Shown here piece after piece: positions 61,280 through 64,000 of a stretch of 64,000 bases of DNA. This stretch comes from a virus. A program made the translations under genes and the position numbers. The notes beneath the pieces are model-generated. The model saw only the letters and a list, made by a program, of their open reading frames with translations. It was not told the DNA's origin and ran no database searches. How positions within the stretch are numbered: position 1 is the first letter of the stretch; each line of letters begins with the position of its first letter. The stretch is from positions 13,875 to 77,874 of IMG/VR virus record IMGVR_UViG_3300005617_000005; one strand, given 5' to 3'.

Positions 61280-62758
61280 ATGACGCGGCGACGCGCCCAC
61301 GACTACATTGATTCAGAGGGAAAGTGGCGCGAGGAGTACGCGATCGCGCCGCGTTTCACCCCGGAATGGCTTCGCTGGGACGGCTCGAGCGCCGAGTGGC
61401 CGCTCGGCGGCATGAGCCGTCAGCCGGTCGTTGAAGAAGGCAAGGAGCCCGACGTCGTAGAGATCGCGTTCCCTCCGCTCGATACAGATCAATTCAGCGG
61501 GCTCACGGGAAGTCACGACACAACCAAGCTTGAGGAGCAGTGGCGTCTCAAGCTGCTCGTGCCGACTACCGTGCTCAAGGGCTACAAGAAACGTGGCACG
61601 TACGAGAGCGAGCAGTGGACAACGCTTCTTCGCGCCATCGGGATCACGTACGAAGGATCGCCGGTCGGTTGGTACGATCTCGACGACGGCTGGGTGCGCA
61701 ACGCGACGCTCTGGGACCTCGCACATTTGAAGCAGGGCGTGCCGCAAGAGCTGGGTCGCGCCGGATGGGAACAGTACGTCGAACAAGAGGACTACGACGA
61801 GTACCAGCACCTCGCGCCGTTCATCGGCAAGCCGCTTTGGCTGCTCAGCGAGAAGCAGTGGGACGAAGCTGAGTTCCCGCCACCGATCAAAGGCGGCCCG
61901 CCGTTCGTCAAGGGCATCACCGAAGTGGCCGAGGCTGGTAGGATGCGAACCATGGCGCGCGAGCACAAATCCAACGACTACCCCGATCTCGAAGCAGCTC
62001 TTCTCGGGGCGCAGTCGAAGTTCGACGCGACGCACGCAATTGTCGTTCGCGGCAACAACGTCGCCATCTTCTCTCCGTCGTCGCGCGGCTACACGAAGCG
62101 TGTGGGCTTTCGAGAGAAGGGGTTCTTTCACTGGCCCGAGAGGGGCGAGCTCGTCGCCGATCTCCCGTCGGGCGCCGAGATGATCCACAAGATGATCGAC
62201 GCGGGCTGGGACCCGGAGGTCGCTCCCGCGGTCTCGCATCGACGCGCAGCGGAGAATCCGATCGACACCGGCGACGGCGTTCCGTGGGTGAAGATCGCGC
62301 GCGATCCCGAGCAGTACAAGGCGGCAATGAAAGAAGCCGACGAGATTGGGCCGATCGACGATCCGAAGAAAATCTACGAGCTTCTCGGGCCCGCGCTCTT
62401 GAAGGAAGACCAGGAGGTCTTCGTCGTCGTGCTGCTCGACGTTCGCCAACAGTGCCGCGGCGTGGCCGAGGTGCATCGAGGATCGCGATCGCGCGTCGCG
62501 ACGAGCATGGTCGACATTCTTCGCGTCGTGCTCAAGTCCGGCGCCGAGGGCTTCGTCGTCGTCCACAACCACCCGACCGGGAAAGCGTCGCCGTCACCGG
62601 CGGACAAAGACCTCACGAAGGCGATCGACAAAGCCGCGAAGCTTTTCGACGGCGATCTCTCGTTCGTCGATCACGTCATTTGTGGCAACGGCCAATACTA
62701 TTCGTTCGCTGACAAGAAGCTGTACAAGCTCAAGAAGTCCGGGCGCAAAGCGGCCTAG
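61280..62758 (+). CDS. Multidomain protein with C-terminal RadC (JAB) domain
   Basis: QEVFVV.LLD, HNHPTG...PS.AD..LT, DHVI. Confidence 0.88.
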   Translation: MTRRRAHDYIDSEGKWREEYAIAPRFTPEWLRWDGSSAEWPLGGMSRQPVVEEGKEPDVVEIAFPPLDTDQFSGLTGSHDTTKLEEQWRLKLLVPTTVLKGYKKRGTYESEQWTTLLRAIGITYEGSPVGWYDLDDGWVRNATLWDLAHLKQGVPQELGRAGWEQYVEQEDYDEYQHLAPFIGKPLWLLSEKQWDEAEFPPPIKGGPPFVKGITEVAEAGRMRTMAREHKSNDYPDLEAALLGAQSKFDATHAIVVRGNNVAIFSPSSRGYTKRVGFREKGFFHWPERGELVADLPSGAEMIHKMIDAGWDPEVAPAVSHRRAAENPIDTGDGVPWVKIARDPEQYKAAMKEADEIGPIDDPKKIYELLGPALLKEDQEVFVVVLLDVRQQCRGVAEVHRGSRSRVATSMVDILRVVLKSGAEGFVVVHNHPTGKASPSPADKDLTKAIDKAAKLFDGDLSFVDHVICGNGQYYSFADKKLYKLKKSGRKAA

Positions 62759-62807
62759 GGGCTAGACAGATTCATGCTTGAGTATTAGAGTCGTCTCCAC
62801 AAAGGGG

Positions 62808-63383
62808 ATGACCATGACGCAACAAGGACCCGAGCCGCAAGAAGCACCGAACCCGAACGACATCATGAAGGACATCCTCGACCGCGCAGGGCTCGAGGAT
62901 GTAAACGATGTTCCGATTGGGCTGGAGTTCAACCAAGCCAGCATGGGTGTGTGGCGCGCGGAGAGCTCGCCGCCAGTTCCAGGTTTCGAGTTCCTGCGAA
63001 TCTTCGGGCTGTTTCAAACCGGAGACGAGGTGCGTGTCTACGCCGTTCCCGTCGCGGAGCCGGCGAAGAACAAGGCGGGCGAGTACATCCGCGCGCCGAT
63101 CCCGTACCGCTTCTCGCTCAGCAAGACCGGCAAGCCGTACTTCATCGAGGGCATCGAGAACATCGATGTGTTCAAAGACGAAATCGCTGCGGACTTGCGT
63201 CGGCTCGCGGACGAGACGATGGAAACGCTCTACGGCGAAGACGCCTCGGACCTGCTCGACAAATTGCGCGAGCTCGTGGCCAACGGACGCACCCAAGAGG
63301 CACTCGATCGCCTGATGAAAGAGGACGACGAGGACGACGAGGACGACGACGCGCCGGACAGCAGCAAACCCGCACCGTCGTGA
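62808..63383 (+). CDS. Acidic hypothetical protein
   Basis: AGGGGATG motif at the start; start 62808 or 62814. Confidence 0.65.
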   Translation: MTMTQQGPEPQEAPNPNDIMKDILDRAGLEDVNDVPIGLEFNQASMGVWRAESSPPVPGFEFLRIFGLFQTGDEVRVYAVPVAEPAKNKAGEYIRAPIPYRFSLSKTGKPYFIEGIENIDVFKDEIAADLRRLADETMETLYGEDASDLLDKLRELVANGRTQEALDRLMKEDDEDDEDDDAPDSSKPAPS

Positions 63384-63395
63384 TAGACTCGGCAC

Positions 63396-64000
63396 ATGTC
63401 GGACTTCGTCACCATCGCGTACGTCACCACCGCACGAGGTATCTCAGCGGCGAGAATGCGAACCCTCATGCAGGCCGTCGTGCCACCGAAGTCGGTCTAC
63501 CAAGACTTCTTCGGTCTGCGCGTCGTCACGGACACGACCACGAACGTCAACCCGATCACGCGCTCTATCCAGTACGCGTTCGGGCCGAGCGTCAGCGCGG
63601 ACGCGACCGCTTCGCTCCAAAATGACGGATCGGTGATCAGCATCAATCCGGGCGTTCGCGGCAACGACTACGTGAAGCCGCCGCTCGTGGCGATGAGCCC
63701 GCAAGTGATGAACCCGGCGCAGCTTCGCGCGTTCCTGCGCGTGAGCGGCTTCGTGCTCGATGCCGGCGGTGCGGGGTACGCGACTGCACCGACGGTGACC
63801 CTCATCGGCGGCTTGCCCCCGGCCGACAAAAACTTCGTCGGATGCGTTCGCCGGATCTACGTCAAAGAACCGGGACTCGGCTACGACCCCGCCAACACGG
63901 TGGTCAGCATTCAAGGCGGTGGACCCGCCGGTCCGGGCGCACCGACGACGAGACAAGCGACGGCGACGCCGGTGTTCGACGCGTTCGGTCGCATCACCGC
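63396..64000 (+). CDS. Structural/fibre-like protein, 3'-truncated, absent from ORF track
   Basis: TG-A-TAGACT-6 nt-ATG; open to the window end (MSDFVTIAYV...); G.[G/D]Y..[A/P]P.V repeats. Confidence 0.75.
   Translation, partial: MSDFVTIAYVTTARGISAARMRTLMQAVVPPKSVYQDFFGLRVVTDTTTNVNPITRSIQYAFGPSVSADATASLQNDGSVISINPGVRGNDYVKPPLVAMSPQVMNPAQLRAFLRVSGFVLDAGGAGYATAPTVTLIGGLPPADKNFVGCVRRIYVKEPGLGYDPANTVVSIQGGGPAGPGAPTTRQATATPVFDAFGRIT

Overview
A gene-dense, high-GC stretch of a large virus or prophage genome. No host housekeeping genes, CRISPR array or complete tRNA were seen. The host is probably a myxobacterium (Polyangiaceae-like), inferred only from GC content and DAG-rich Cys-rich lipoproteins. 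Recognisable modules are: (i) tandem GroES-like genes, a DUF2829/Tad2-like protein and a dual-specificity phosphatase; (ii) a tyrosine recombinase divergent from a strong sigma70 promoter that opens a ~16 kb chain of mostly coupled early-type genes, including a C5 methyltransferase, NUDIX hydrolase, RecD/Dda helicase and SNF2 helicase; (iii) fibre/spike, lysis and tail-anchored membrane proteins; (iv) a replication and recombination block (PD-(D/E)XK nuclease, D5 helicase, inverted-repeat origin, Prim-Pol, Sak4-like ATPase, acidic SSB, Dam-like MTase, UDG-PolA fusion); (v) a nucleotide-metabolism cluster and a RadC fusion. No capsid, portal or terminase was recognised. The most notable unexplained structure is regulatory. 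A small RNA at ~48190-48273 displays two loops complementary to the AAGGAGAA and GGGGATG motifs at the start of early and replication genes. In contrast, at least 14 mostly structural, membrane or lysis genes appear leaderless (TAnnnT-N5-7-start), which suggests an RNA-based early-to-late translational switch. Other notable items are a family of signal-peptide-less, C-terminally anchored cell-wall proteins, three fibres sharing an N-terminal module, a repeated operator, switch-like hairpins and tandem tRNA-like mini-structures. All calls come from reading the sequence by eye; no database searches were run.
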